The notes under the pieces are model-generated. The model was not told the DNA's origin, made no database searches, and saw nothing but the letters and a program-made list of their open reading frames with translations. From Patescibacteria group bacterium (lineage in GTDB: Bacteria > Patescibacteriota > Microgenomatia > UBA1406): DNA of 64,000 nt. The position numbers and the translations under genes were made by a program. How positions within the stretch are numbered: position 1 is the first letter of the stretch; each line of letters opens with the position of its first letter. Below, in pieces: positions 25,738 through 36,530 of this stretch. The DNA lies in NCBI GenBank assembly GCA_041665145.1, contig JBAYJK010000002.1, positions 168,339-232,338 of the forward strand, read 5' to 3'.

Positions 25738-27366
25738 TTAAGGTTTAAGACTCAACAAGTATTGGTACATTCTTTGAAGATTCTCATTGTAGGGAAATTT
25801 TGGAAGCGCTTCACTTTCCAAAAACTTTTTGGCCTCCGCATTTTTCTTTTCAGTTATGAGAATACCAGCATAGTTTTCGTATGCAAGGTAATAATCGCCA
25901 TACTTTATTGAAAGGAGGTAATATTTTTTGGCGTTTTTAAAATCTTTAGCTCGTTGATATGTTGCGCCCAGATTACTGAGATTAATAGTCCATGAAGGCG
26001 CAAGCTCAACAGAACGAGTAAAATATTCCTTCGCTTCAGCATACTTCCCTACCCGAAACAACGCGACTCCATAGTTGTTAGTTAAATCAAACGAGTCTTT
26101 CGACACCCGGATGTCTTTGCCAAATAACGCTAACTCATTGCGCCAATCAACTGATCGCACCACTGTTCTTCCTGCCAGCAATATAACAATGCAGCAGTAT
26201 AGTACAATCACAATTGGTTTTCTGAATAATTTAAAATAATCTCCCATGAGACCCATGAGACTTATGAGTCCCATAAGTCCTATATAAAACCACCGTTCGG
26301 CAACAGTAAAATCAAACGGAAAAAGCTGCATATACATGCCGAGAGCTAAAACAAACCAAACGGAGAAAAAGAAAAATGTTTTGCCAATTTTAATCGATCC
26401 GATCAGTAAAACTAGGAATACTATTCCAGAAACAAAAAGTGGAACAATAAATGTCCCGAACGTGAATTCTTTAATAACCCAGTGCTGTGCAATAGCAAGT
26501 TGCACTGGCCACACAGTTATATATAAATAATGCACAAATAGTGCCGGAATATGCAAGGTACGTTGAATGAACGAAAGTTGCACTATGGGAGCAAACTCAA
26601 ATTTTTGAAAGTGCACGTTCGCCAAGCCAAACCGCAGAAAGACGTATGCACAGACGGCTATGACGATATAAACTGCATACATTGTGTTTCGATTGTCCTG
26701 CTGCTCTTTCTCCTCCATTTTTTCTTTATGAGGGGTTGAACCCTTCATAAAAAGTGTAAGATAGACAATTTCGATAAAGAGAAACACAACCGCGTTCTCT
26801 TTAGCGAGGAATGCAATAAACAGTGTAATAACCACCCACGCCACACTCTTGCGGGTAACCAGTAGCCATAACGATAACAATCCAAATAGTGCAACTAACA
26901 CGTCTTGCACAGCAGAAACATAAACAACAGCTTCGACATTTATTGGGTGAACTAGAAATAACAAAGCACTCGCAATTCCAACTCGATTGTTGGTTAACGA
27001 TGTTACAACCTTATATAGAAGCCACACTGAGAGAATATGCATGATAACTTGAACAAAATGAAACACGAAACCGGACGGGCCAAAAACAGTATGAAGGACG
27101 GCAAAATAAATCATCATCACCGGCCGGTAATACACCCCGCCCAACTTAGCTGCCCCGCCGGTTGAGAATGTACTATTCGAAAGCAATTGACCGATATTAC
27201 TGAGCGAATGAACGAGCGTATTGTTTAGTAACTGTTCCTCATCATCCCACACGAATCCATTGAATAATGACATGCCATAGACTAAAAGACCTATGAGGGC
27301 AAAAGTCACTAACGGGTACTTTGTGACAAAATTCTTTACCGATTGCCACAGCTCAGAGAGTTTCAT
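25738..27366 (-). CDS. GT-C type glycosyltransferase-like polytopic membrane protein with C-terminal TPR repeats (TMTC/PMT-like)
   Basis: About 10 TM helices, a first-loop FVWDDEEQL motif (DD/DE), and C-terminal TPR-like AEAKEYFTRSVELAP...AKKYYLLSIKYG. Confidence 0.6.
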   Translation of the reverse strand: MKLSELWQSVKNFVTKYPLVTFALIGLLVYGMSLFNGFVWDDEEQLLNNTLVHSLSNIGQLLSNSTFSTGGAAKLGGVYYRPVMMIYFAVLHTVFGPSGFVFHFVQVIMHILSVWLLYKVVTSLTNNRVGIASALLFLVHPINVEAVVYVSAVQDVLVALFGLLSLWLLVTRKSVAWVVITLFIAFLAKENAVVFLFIEIVYLTLFMKGSTPHKEKMEEKEQQDNRNTMYAVYIVIAVCAYVFLRFGLANVHFQKFEFAPIVQLSFIQRTLHIPALFVHYLYITVWPVQLAIAQHWVIKEFTFGTFIVPLFVSGIVFLVLLIGSIKIGKTFFFFSVWFVLALGMYMQLFPFDFTVAERWFYIGLMGLISLMGLMGDYFKLFRKPIVIVLYCCIVILLAGRTVVRSVDWRNELALFGKDIRVSKDSFDLTNNYGVALFRVGKYAEAKEYFTRSVELAPSWTINLSNLGATYQRAKDFKNAKKYYLLSIKYGDYYLAYENYAGILITEKKNAEAKKFLESEALPKFPYNENLQRMYQYLLSLKP

Positions 27367-27667
27367 CCTGTTTTAATTTTGTACTTTTCGATTTGGTTTC
27401 TTCAGCCTTCTTCTTCCGCAGTTCCTTCAGTTTCCACATAAACAATGCACCCATATTTTTTGCTTTACTGTCTGCAACAAAACCATACGCTTTCTCTAAA
27501 AGATATCGAGGGACAGTTTTTGCAAGCTTAATATATAAAGATTTATGCTTATCATCATTCAGCTTCTCTGCAAGAAATAAGCCGTACGATTGGTATTCGC
27601 GGCTGACATATTTGCCGGATGTGGGATCAAAGAGAGTTATAATCTCGCCTATCTTTTGAAAAACCAT
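27353..27667 (-). CDS. hypothetical protein (104 aa)
   Basis: I set the start at ATG 27667 because TATAAT (27674..27679) lies 6 nt upstream. The gene overlaps the downstream gene by 14 nt. Confidence 0.5.
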   Translation of the reverse strand: MVFQKIGEIITLFDPTSGKYVSREYQSYGLFLAEKLNDDKHKSLYIKLAKTVPRYLLEKAYGFVADSKAKNMGALFMWKLKELRKKKAEETKSKSTKLKQDETL

Positions 27668-27687
27668 TGATACATTATAGTTTAAAA

Positions 27688-27806
27688 ATTCAAATCCACA
27701 AATGACAAATATCAAATCAAATCCAAATCTATTAAGTTCAAATAAAGTTATTTGATATTTGAATTTTGAGTTTGATTTGTAGATTTGTCATTTGTCATTT
27801 GTCATT
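27688..27806. repeat. CAAAT/ATTTG-word palindromic element (family B, full copy)
   Basis: The left arm caaatccacaaatgacaaatatcaaatcaaatccaaatc mirrors the right arm gatttgtagatttgtcatttgtcatttg. Confidence 0.7.
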
Positions 27807-27822
27807 ACGATATAATTCCCTC

Positions 27823-28773
27823 ATGGAATATGCATACATCTCTTCCGGTTCATTCGGTGCTCAAGTTCTGCAGCACCTTGATCCAAAACCATCGCTCGTA
27901 ATTACGGGAATAGACAAACTCGGCGGCCGGGGTATGAAAGAATTGATTCAGACTCCCGTCAAAAAACTATGCACAGAGCTACATATACCTTACAAAGAAG
28001 TTGCAGATAAGATTGAACTTGCCAAAATTGTGAGAAGCGACGACGAGCGACAGCGAGAAGGAGCGACGAAACAATTGGCTAAGAGGCTCCTGTTGTTATG
28101 TGATTTCGGAGTAATAGTACCTTCAGAACTTTTGCATTTAAATGAATATGGCATTTGGAATATCCACCCCTCTCTCCTACCCAAACATCGTGGAACTACA
28201 CCTATACAGACTGCACTCTTGAATGGAGAAAAAGTCACGGGCGTGACAATTATGCAGATCGATGAAAAAATCGATCATGGCCCAATTATTGCACAAGAGC
28301 GGACAGAAATTGACATCAACGATACAAACGTAACGCTGCAAGCAAAGCTGGCAGAAGTTGGAGCGACATTAGTTAATAGTAAATGGTTGAGAGTTAATGG
28401 TAGTTCAGAGACGTTGAGACCTTTAGACATTCAGACTCTTAGACCACAAGATCATTCTCAAGCAACATTCACTAAAAAATTGACTAAAGAAGACGGTTTT
28501 GTCCCCCTGAATGAGCTTGCCCCATACCTTGAGCCTATACTCAAGAAATATAATTTAATGCATTTATTACCAACTGGATCCGAGATTCGCGATGCGCGAT
28601 ACGCAGATGTTTTGCATAATAAGATCCGTGCTTTCACTCCCTGGCCAGGTGTATGGACGAAACTAGCCGATGAATCGGTTTTGAAAATTGTTTCGAGCAC
28701 CTTTGAAGAAAGTGAAAAGATATTTGTCATAACGGAAGTCGAAAGAAACGGAAAGAAATATGGATGTAAGTAG
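27823..28773 (+). CDS. fmt: methionyl-tRNA formyltransferase
   Basis: IWNIHPSLLPKHRGTTPIQTALLNGEKVTGVTIMQIDEKIDHGPIIAQ is present. TATAAT (27811..27816) lies 6 nt before the ATG. Confidence 0.85.
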   Translation: MEYAYISSGSFGAQVLQHLDPKPSLVITGIDKLGGRGMKELIQTPVKKLCTELHIPYKEVADKIELAKIVRSDDERQREGATKQLAKRLLLLCDFGVIVPSELLHLNEYGIWNIHPSLLPKHRGTTPIQTALLNGEKVTGVTIMQIDEKIDHGPIIAQERTEIDINDTNVTLQAKLAEVGATLVNSKWLRVNGSSETLRPLDIQTLRPQDHSQATFTKKLTKEDGFVPLNELAPYLEPILKKYNLMHLLPTGSEIRDARYADVLHNKIRAFTPWPGVWTKLADESVLKIVSSTFEESEKIFVITEVERNGKKYGCK

Positions 28774-28823
28774 AATTCGCAAAATATTATCTTTAGAAAA
28801 GCGAAATGGTATAATTCTTAATT

Positions 28824-30017
28824 ATGCACATTGTACAAATTTGCCAGCGTTTTTTTTACGGCCGTGGACAAGAAGTGCATGTATATAATCTTTCCAACGA
28901 GCTTGCTAAACAAGGTCACAAAATAACCATATTCACTTCTGAAGTTGATGTGTCAACGGTTTTTAGAAATTCACTCAAATTGCACCCGAATATCGAAATT
29001 AAAACAAGTAAAGCCGTAACTATAAAATACCCTTCAAATCAGCTTTTGTTTCCAAACCTGGGAGATGAGTTAATGCAAATGGGTGATATAGACATTATCC
29101 ATGCTCATGGAGCAATGTGTTATTCCTCATTAGTAGGTCTTACTATTGCAAAAACAAAAAAGATACCTTTTGTTTTTACGCCCCACTTTCATCCATGGAG
29201 ATTTTTTGAACAACGACCATACCGCTATACACGAGAAGCCTACGAAACCGCCTTTACTGTTCCAATTATGCGCGAGGCAACAGCAGTGATTGCTGTATCT
29301 CCGTTTGAAAAACATTACCTCACAACTCGACGCAAACTTCCTAAGGAAAAAATACATGTAATCGCGAATGGTATTAATACATTATATTACCCATCTATAG
29401 TTTCAAGACGTGCAGTCCGAACGAAAAATAATATTCCCGAAAACAAGAAATATATTATTGGTTTTGGAGCAAAGACAGACGCACGTAAAGGAATCGATAG
29501 GATATTGAGGGTGTTCGATGTAGTTAATAGGAAAATGCCTGAGACACATCTGATTATAGCGGGCTGGATTTATAAAAAAAACGCCGACCACATTGCGAAA
29601 CTCATGGATACGCTTGCCTGTAGGAAGAATGTAACAACATTAGGTTACGTTTCTGAGGATGATAAAGTGGCTCTTATTAAAATGAGCGATGTCTTGATTT
29701 CCCCGACAAGTTATGAAGCTTTCGGAATCGTACTTGGTGAAGCAATGACCTTGAAGGTACCTGTGGTTGTAACAAGGATTGGGGGGACCCCTTTTATTGT
29801 TAAACACCGTAAAACTGGTTTTACCGTCGGTCAGTATAATAGTATCAATAAGTTTGCTAAATACACTTTAGAATTATTAAGGAATGATAAACTACGCGAG
29901 CGTATGGGAGGTGAAGGAAAAAGAATAGTGCGAACATATTTTACGTGGGAGAAAATCGCAAAACAGATAAATAAATTGTACAAAACAGTAAATACTGAAA
30001 ATAAAGCTATAAAATGA
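28824..30017 (+). CDS. glycosyltransferase family 4 (GT-B)
   Basis: The C-terminal motif is YEAFGIVLGEAMTLKVPVVVTRIGGTPFIV. Confidence 0.8.
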   Translation: MHIVQICQRFFYGRGQEVHVYNLSNELAKQGHKITIFTSEVDVSTVFRNSLKLHPNIEIKTSKAVTIKYPSNQLLFPNLGDELMQMGDIDIIHAHGAMCYSSLVGLTIAKTKKIPFVFTPHFHPWRFFEQRPYRYTREAYETAFTVPIMREATAVIAVSPFEKHYLTTRRKLPKEKIHVIANGINTLYYPSIVSRRAVRTKNNIPENKKYIIGFGAKTDARKGIDRILRVFDVVNRKMPETHLIIAGWIYKKNADHIAKLMDTLACRKNVTTLGYVSEDDKVALIKMSDVLISPTSYEAFGIVLGEAMTLKVPVVVTRIGGTPFIVKHRKTGFTVGQYNSINKFAKYTLELLRNDKLRERMGGEGKRIVRTYFTWEKIAKQINKLYKTVNTENKAIK

Positions 30018-31165
30018 AAAAAGTAATCGTTCAAGGCAGACCATTTGCACTTGAGCCTTGTGGGATTAAAAATTTTTCGACTCATTTTATTGCTACTCTC
30101 GCTGAACAGCTCCCCCAGTTACTTTTTGAAATAATAGTTCCCGGAAAAATCGACAAGATATATGGGGAGAATCAACCCAAAAATATACTGTTTACGGAGC
30201 TGCCACAAACGGAAACAAAACCAGATTACCTGTCCGCTTTGTTATGGGAGAATACACAAACCTCCGAATATGTGGCAAAGCAAAGTAAAGACGACTTGCT
30301 GTTTTATTTATCACCGTATAACTGTTTACCCTTCCCGAAACTTGGGATACCCGAATTTGTCGTGTTACATGACGTTGATCTGTGGATAGACCGTGGTGTT
30401 GAATGGCCAATAGAAAGAAGGTTTGGGTATGCTTTAAAAAAACAAAGTATATACAATGCAGATCACATATTCACAGTCTCTAGTTTTTCCAAAACAGAAA
30501 TAACCTCTTTTTTTAAGCTCCCTGAAAAAAAAGTAATTGCAATTTATGAAGATATAAATGATTTCTATGACAAACCTTCAGATAGTGTGAGTAAGACGCT
30601 ATTGAAATTTCAACTTGAAGCAAAGAACTATTTTCTTTACGTTGGTGCGTTTGAACCAAGAAAAAATGTCGAATTGCTGTTTAGGGCATATCACGAGTAT
30701 ATGAACAAGAACACACCAGCACAGAAGAAAAAACTTGTGATTGTCGGATCACACAATGAGAGAACGAAAGCTCTATCCGAGAATACTAGCTTAGTGTCAG
30801 AAGCGACATTTATAAGCGCTCAGTCTCTTGCTGATATTAAAGATCTGTATTTGGGTGCTTTTGCATTCATTTATCCCAGTAAATATGAAGGGTTTGGATT
30901 GCAAATCCTCGAGGCACAGGCAACAAGAACTGCACTTATAGCATCTAACATACCAACTTTTAAAGAAATTGCTGGGAAAGGCGCACTGTTCTTTGACCCT
31001 ACAGAGCCTTCCGGTCTATTAAACACGATGACGGAGTTAGAAAATAATAGTGAGTTGAGAGAAAATATTATTAAAGAAGGACTCCTAAATAGAAACAAAT
31101 ATAGTTGGAGGAAAACTTCTGAGATTTTTATTAAATCAATCAAAGATTATGTTAGTCTTGCCTAA
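30014..31165 (+). CDS. glycosyltransferase family 4 (GT-B)
   Basis: YEGFGLQILEAQATRTALIASNIPTFKEI is present. The start overlaps the previous stop. Confidence 0.8.
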   Translation: MKKVIVQGRPFALEPCGIKNFSTHFIATLAEQLPQLLFEIIVPGKIDKIYGENQPKNILFTELPQTETKPDYLSALLWENTQTSEYVAKQSKDDLLFYLSPYNCLPFPKLGIPEFVVLHDVDLWIDRGVEWPIERRFGYALKKQSIYNADHIFTVSSFSKTEITSFFKLPEKKVIAIYEDINDFYDKPSDSVSKTLLKFQLEAKNYFLYVGAFEPRKNVELLFRAYHEYMNKNTPAQKKKLVIVGSHNERTKALSENTSLVSEATFISAQSLADIKDLYLGAFAFIYPSKYEGFGLQILEAQATRTALIASNIPTFKEIAGKGALFFDPTEPSGLLNTMTELENNSELRENIIKEGLLNRNKYSWRKTSEIFIKSIKDYVSLA

Positions 31166-31168
31166 CTT

Positions 31169-32335
31169 ATGAAAATAGCCATCGTTTCTTCTAATGAACA
31201 GCTAACCCCTCCCCCCGATAATGTGATAGTTGCTTCAATGAATGTCTCAACATTCCAAACCGTAGGACTCTCTGCATTGGGACATGAAGTGTATGCGGTC
31301 GTTGGGAAAGGCTCCACTATCAAGACTCACCGCGTTGAGTCTTTTTCTAAACCAGTTTTTGAAACTATAGATAAGGAGGTCTGGCAATCGACAGGCAATA
31401 GTAGGTTGATGTATCAAATAATTGTCCCTTTCGAAATCGATCTTCATTTGACACTGCTGGACTTTTTGAAAACACACCAAGTCGATCTCGTTCACTTCCA
31501 CACAATTAAGCCATACATAGGGCTGCCCTTTGCCATGCGTGTCAATGTCCCTTGCTTTTTTACATTACACAGTCCAGGGACAGCAATTGAAGTTGATACA
31601 ATGAAAGCTTTTAACAGCAAAAACATCCATTACATTTCGATTAGTAAAAATCAGCAAAAATCATATGGCGGACTACAGTTTGCAGGTACAGTCCATAACG
31701 GACTTGATCTTAAAGCTTCAACCTTTAATGTAAAAGGTGGCAATAACCTTGTAATAGGTGCACGAATACTTCCAGAGAAAGGTATATATGAAGGAATCTT
31801 GGCCGCCGGGAAAACTGGAAAAAACCTTGACATTGCTGGTGAAGTCAGATCTAGCAGCAATCAATACTACATACAAAAAATAGAGCCTCTACTTAAACAG
31901 TATAAAAATATACAGTTTCTGCAATTTATGAATCATAATCTTATGAATTCTTTTTTTGGCACCGGAAAAGCTTCTCTCGTACCAATCCAGTGGGAAGAAC
32001 CATTTGGTCTTGTAATGATTGAGTCTATGGCAACAGGAACGCCGGTAATCGCTTTCGCAAGAGGGTCTGTTCCTGAGGTTATAAAAGACGGTGAGACAGG
32101 TTTTATTGTAAATTCTTCTGATGATGACATCCGAGGAAACTGGGTTATTAAAAAAACAGGTATTGATGGGCTCTGCGAGGCAATTGAAAAAGTATATACA
32201 ATGTCTGAGGATAGGTACCAAGACATGAGAAGAGCTTGCAGAAATCATGTGGAACAAAATTTCACAGTTGAAAAAATGGCAAAAGGGTATGAAAAAATAT
32301 ACCAAGAAGTACTCTCAGAATCCTTAACTATTTAG
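31169..32335 (+). CDS. glycosyltransferase family 4 (GT-B)
   Basis: WEEPFGLVMIESMATGTPVIAFARGSVPEVIKDGETGFIV is present. Confidence 0.8.
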   Translation: MKIAIVSSNEQLTPPPDNVIVASMNVSTFQTVGLSALGHEVYAVVGKGSTIKTHRVESFSKPVFETIDKEVWQSTGNSRLMYQIIVPFEIDLHLTLLDFLKTHQVDLVHFHTIKPYIGLPFAMRVNVPCFFTLHSPGTAIEVDTMKAFNSKNIHYISISKNQQKSYGGLQFAGTVHNGLDLKASTFNVKGGNNLVIGARILPEKGIYEGILAAGKTGKNLDIAGEVRSSSNQYYIQKIEPLLKQYKNIQFLQFMNHNLMNSFFGTGKASLVPIQWEEPFGLVMIESMATGTPVIAFARGSVPEVIKDGETGFIVNSSDDDIRGNWVIKKTGIDGLCEAIEKVYTMSEDRYQDMRRACRNHVEQNFTVEKMAKGYEKIYQEVLSESLTI

Positions 32336-33166
32336 CACTATTTCACATATCTTCCTAAACCTCTCTTTCACTACTGTATTGAAAAATTCATTCTGTTTTT
32401 CTTTGGGTAAGAAACTGAAATCTTGCCATAACGATCTCCCTGCCAAGAATCCGCTACAACCGTGAGCGGCAGCCACTTCCAACCCTTGCACAAAGTGGTC
32501 AAAATCGTCCCCTTTTGTTAAGAGTATCCAGGGAATCTTTCCGAGCATCTTGGTAATTTTGGTACAGCTTGGTGCGTCGCCCGGATATTCTATTTTATAT
32601 ACGTCTGCGTCTATTCCTGCTTTCAGGAGCATATCTACCATCTCAACAACAATATCCGGTTTCAAATTTGCATCACCGGCCAGCGGATATGTAAGTGGCT
32701 CGATAAAAAACGGAAGATTGTATTTCCTGCAATCGGTAAGTACTTTCTTCGCCAATTCTATCTGTCTCACAGCTGTTTTTGCGTGCGGGTGAAAAAACAA
32801 AAGCATTTTAATTCCCGCAGCTCCCTGATCTTTCAGCTCTTTGACGGTATACAAAAGCTCCGTCACCCGTTCCCCGCTCTGATCTTCGTATCCTGTTTTT
32901 TCGATTGCCAAAAGATAAGGTTTTCCCGCCCCCATCCAATGCTCGACATGCTGGCGGTATGCCGGAAGTCCTGTTTCAACATCAACCAAGAGTGCCGAAA
33001 AATCTTTATAGAGCGCGTCCACGATCTGCTTTTTAACAGAAATAGCCTGCTGTGTAGTGACCGATTCAGGGTTTGTTGGATCAACCAATTTCTTGAAGCT
33101 TCCCCTGTGGTCCAGTGCCAACATAAGAATTTTATTCTTAAACATGAACTGAGTTAAGTTACTCAT
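32324..33166 (-). CDS. class I aldolase, LacD/DeoC-like (tagatose/fructose-bisphosphate aldolase family)
   Basis: The N-terminal MLALDHRGSF motif is typical of the LacD/DUF2090 group. The size fits a TIM barrel. Confidence 0.55.
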   Translation of the reverse strand: MSNLTQFMFKNKILMLALDHRGSFKKLVDPTNPESVTTQQAISVKKQIVDALYKDFSALLVDVETGLPAYRQHVEHWMGAGKPYLLAIEKTGYEDQSGERVTELLYTVKELKDQGAAGIKMLLFFHPHAKTAVRQIELAKKVLTDCRKYNLPFFIEPLTYPLAGDANLKPDIVVEMVDMLLKAGIDADVYKIEYPGDAPSCTKITKMLGKIPWILLTKGDDFDHFVQGLEVAAAHGCSGFLAGRSLWQDFSFLPKEKQNEFFNTVVKERFRKICEIVLNS

Positions 33167-33180
33167 ATCTTCAATATACC

Positions 33181-33306
33181 AAAGTTTTCAGTTTACAGTT
33201 CTCAGTTTTTAAAGAGTTCTTAAGAAACAGCTCTTAAACTGTATTTGTTTAGTACTTAAGAACTATTAGTTTCTTTAAGAACTGAAAAATGAGAACCGAG
33301 AACTCG
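33181..33306. repeat. family A palindromic intergenic element (GTTCTTAAG / CAGTTCTCA words), copy 1
   Basis: About 85% identical by eye to 43641..43756. Both share the 17-mer core TTTAGTACTTAAGAACT. Confidence 0.75.
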
Positions 33307-34206
33307 CTAGGGTAGCAAATATGCAGAAAATAGCCACCGTTGCATGGCGTATGTTGGAAAATGCTCGGAAAGGAGGTACAAAAGATCGGGAAATGTTGGG
33401 TACATTTTGGTTAATTCCAGCACAACGTTAATTGGAGATTCTATTTTGTATGGAAGCGTATCAATACTTCTGAGTACAACTCGCTCCAGTTCTACACGTA
33501 AAAATAGTAACTGCTGAGCTTTTAGAAGTTCTGAGAATTCGTTTCGGCAAAGCCTCAGATATTCTGGCAGTAAAGCAACCGATATCTGACTCCCTTCGCG
33601 CTTTATTAACCCCTGAGTTTTCACTGTCAGTCCTCGTCGCTCATCACTTCGCTCCTCATCCTTCCCCGAAAACTCAACTTGATCAGCGATACGTGATCCA
33701 TGATCCGTGATGATATCTATCCCATACACCAACTCCTCTTCCATTTTCTCACCTTCACTTTCTACCTTAGACTTTCTACTTTCTACTTTTGCTGCGAGTT
33801 TCCTCGCAGCAACAGCCCACCCCTTCACCGCCTCACGGAGGGATATAAAGATAAACGCCAAAGATGCGTTTACTGCATAAAGTGATTGGACATCTTTTTC
33901 AAAATAGTAAAATTCAGGAGTATTTTTATATCTTTGCAAGAAATCTACAACGTCCTTTCCCCTATCAAAATCTTCCTTAAAAATGTCGCGAACAAATTCA
34001 TTACGTGTTTGGATAACAGCATTAAAGCGACTGTCGGATAAATTAGCGATAATTCCCCCGCTGATGTACTCGAGATATTCGGGGAAACCGCCCAGAAATT
34101 GGAAAAATAACGGCGTGTGTGGTAAATGCAGCGCCTCTTTTATTGCGTCGTAGATTCTGCGAGTTTCTGGTGTGGCTTGATCTTCACGAACGGGGTTAAT
34201 GCGCAT
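33307..34206 (-). CDS. hypothetical protein (299 aa)
   Basis: Long ORF. It contains an in-frame low-complexity block, KVESRKSKVESEGEK, encoded by a 20-nt sequence shared with pth. The N-terminus loosely resembles DehI-like proteins, with low confidence. Confidence 0.55.
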   Translation of the reverse strand: MRINPVREDQATPETRRIYDAIKEALHLPHTPLFFQFLGGFPEYLEYISGGIIANLSDSRFNAVIQTRNEFVRDIFKEDFDRGKDVVDFLQRYKNTPEFYYFEKDVQSLYAVNASLAFIFISLREAVKGWAVAARKLAAKVESRKSKVESEGEKMEEELVYGIDIITDHGSRIADQVEFSGKDEERSDERRGLTVKTQGLIKREGSQISVALLPEYLRLCRNEFSELLKAQQLLFLRVELERVVLRSIDTLPYKIESPINVVLELTKMYPTFPDLLYLLSEHFPTYAMQRWLFSAYLLP

Positions 34207-34288
34207 ACAAACTACTTTACCACATATCGCACCTATTTGCTCGTAGCTTATAGTAGATTTTATGAATTAATATTGGTATAATTCCCAG

Positions 34289-35638
34289 ATGCATTCTAGA
34301 AGAGAAGTTCTTGGAATTGATGGATTAAAAGGAGCTATTCGCTCTATGATGTCAGCTAATGCTGCTACTGACGAGGACGTTAGGAGAGATCGCGCATTTG
34401 AACTGGTTGCAGAAGGTGGGCTTGGGGTTGTTATTGCTGCACTTGCGCTTACCGGAGCTCAAGATAAATATAGGGCAGTCGCAGTTACTGCAGAGCGGGC
34501 ACTACCCGATTCAAGAGTTTATACCGAAGGCCAAAGTCAGTCTGACACATTAAGAAAACTTACCACATCCCTTTCGCAACGTATAGCCAGAGTTTCTTCT
34601 GTTTGGGACAGATTCAGTAGAACTGAAATCGTATTGGAACTGCAAAAAACCGGCGAAGTTTGCACAGGCACCGGAAGCAACAGTAGTTGTACTGACACAT
34701 ATGGATGGGTACCTACTCCAAAAACTGTCTGGCATGAACCACCAGAACTTATAGCACTTGGCATTGACCGCCACAACCTTTACAATTGGCAAAGATTACT
34801 TACGAATGTAGGTAGCGGCATAGGAACTCTGAACGCTCAATCTCGTGGCTCATTTGACTTATCCCGCGGAGGTGCTGTTCTCGACTTTCGAGAGCAAGCG
34901 CTCGATATGGGTATCAGTAATATTTTAAGTGTTTTCCTCTATGGAGGTGCGGGTGCCGCGATGATTAAATACGAGGAATGGAGTCAACGGTTGCTGCGCG
35001 CCATCGGTCGAGATGATTTGTCTGGAATTGACCCCCGGTACGCTATAAAACGAAGGTCGGTGCTCAAATTAGGTGCGGTAGGTGCAGGAGCACTTCTTGT
35101 CAGACAAATACAAAAAGCATTGGGGGCGGGTAACCAAAATATACTCCAAGATGTCCAAGGTCATGCCGCACGTGTTCTGGCAGATATTCAAGCAAATCCC
35201 GAAAAATCGTTAGCTGAGTACATGACCATGCATGTTCATGAGCTTGCTGCACTGTTGGGAATGATCAATAGAATAGCCGAACAAGCAATAAATCTTCCCC
35301 GAGTCACCGAGGATTTTGATTACGGACAGTGGAAAAATGTAATAAGACCGGAAGTTGAAAACCTGTTTTACGACAGTCAGGCAGCTATTGCCCGTTTTAT
35401 AGAGTTTTTCAATTACGACCACAGGGTAAGATCCTATACAGTTCCAACTCAATTATTGCAACTTGCGGGAAGCACTGCCGGGACAAATAGAATCTTGAGT
35501 TATGCAAATACGAGGCGTGGAGAGCTTACCATTTCTCACCCTCTGCACGCCCTCTTGCTTGCCGGAGGATTTGCCGCGATTGCTGCTGCTGGGGAAAAAG
35601 TAATCTTTCCTGCAATTGACCATGCTGTTGGGCAATAA
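34289..35638 (+). CDS. hypothetical membrane protein (449 aa)
   Basis: Long ORF with several hydrophobic segments. TGGTATAAT ends 6 nt before the ATG. Confidence 0.55.
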   Translation: MHSRREVLGIDGLKGAIRSMMSANAATDEDVRRDRAFELVAEGGLGVVIAALALTGAQDKYRAVAVTAERALPDSRVYTEGQSQSDTLRKLTTSLSQRIARVSSVWDRFSRTEIVLELQKTGEVCTGTGSNSSCTDTYGWVPTPKTVWHEPPELIALGIDRHNLYNWQRLLTNVGSGIGTLNAQSRGSFDLSRGGAVLDFREQALDMGISNILSVFLYGGAGAAMIKYEEWSQRLLRAIGRDDLSGIDPRYAIKRRSVLKLGAVGAGALLVRQIQKALGAGNQNILQDVQGHAARVLADIQANPEKSLAEYMTMHVHELAALLGMINRIAEQAINLPRVTEDFDYGQWKNVIRPEVENLFYDSQAAIARFIEFFNYDHRVRSYTVPTQLLQLAGSTAGTNRILSYANTRRGELTISHPLHALLLAGGFAAIAAAGEKVIFPAIDHAVGQ

Positions 35639-35641
35639 TTG

Positions 35642-36502
35642 TCACTGTGGAATTTCTTCGAGAATATCCTTATTTCTCTTGTCCGGTCCTACTCCATCAA
35701 ACCCCGGAACCTCGAGAATAAGCGGAATATTCTTCAAAAGAGGTTGGTGAACAATATTTTTAAATCCTTCAATACCAATTTTCCCTTCCCCGATATTCTC
35801 ATGGCGGTCATGCTTGCTTCCCAGATCAGTTTTTGAGTCATTTACATGCAAACACACCAGATGTTCAATCCCTATTTTTTCATCAAATTCCTTAAGCCAC
35901 TTCCCAAAAATCTCTTTGTTACCCGTATCAACTCCTGTCGCAAATAGATGCTGAGTATCAATGCAAAACTTGACGCGAGATCCGAGATGCGGGACGCGTG
36001 ACGATATTTCGTTATGTAGGTATACGAGCTCACCGAGCGTTGCACCCACACGTCCTCCACCCCCGGCCGCATTTTCGATGATTAGCTTTTGGTTCGATGG
36101 TGTTTTCTCAAGAATTTTTAGAAAAGATGTCACTAATTGTTCTTTCACATCATCGAATGTTCTTTCTTTATAACTGCCGATATGGAACACTGTTCCTGTG
36201 GAATTTATTTTTTCACCAAACTGCATGTACCCGATTAACGACTCGATAGACGCGTGAACGAGTGACGGTTTTTCTGATGCAAGATTCAAAAGGTAAATCG
36301 CATGAAACACCAAAAACTGCATATTGTTTTCTTTGTACAGTTTATTGAATCTATCTATTTCTTCCGGGCTGACAGACGGTTTTGAATAAGATTGCGGAGC
36401 GCTAGCAAATATCTGAATACCGTTAAACTCACGTTCGACTGCCCGTTCTACAGCCTTACTTATTCCTCCTGCGATTGAAACATGTCCGCCGATTATTCTC
36501 AT
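35642..36502 (-). CDS. nfo: endonuclease IV (deoxyribonuclease IV)
   Basis: MRIIGGHVSIAGG, CIDTQHLFATG and LHVNDSK...GSKHDRHENIGEGKIG are present. Confidence 0.85.
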   Translation of the reverse strand: MRIIGGHVSIAGGISKAVERAVEREFNGIQIFASAPQSYSKPSVSPEEIDRFNKLYKENNMQFLVFHAIYLLNLASEKPSLVHASIESLIGYMQFGEKINSTGTVFHIGSYKERTFDDVKEQLVTSFLKILEKTPSNQKLIIENAAGGGGRVGATLGELVYLHNEISSRVPHLGSRVKFCIDTQHLFATGVDTGNKEIFGKWLKEFDEKIGIEHLVCLHVNDSKTDLGSKHDRHENIGEGKIGIEGFKNIVHQPLLKNIPLILEVPGFDGVGPDKRNKDILEEIPQ

Positions 36503-36530
36503 ATAATTTTCAGTTTTTAGTTTCTAGTTT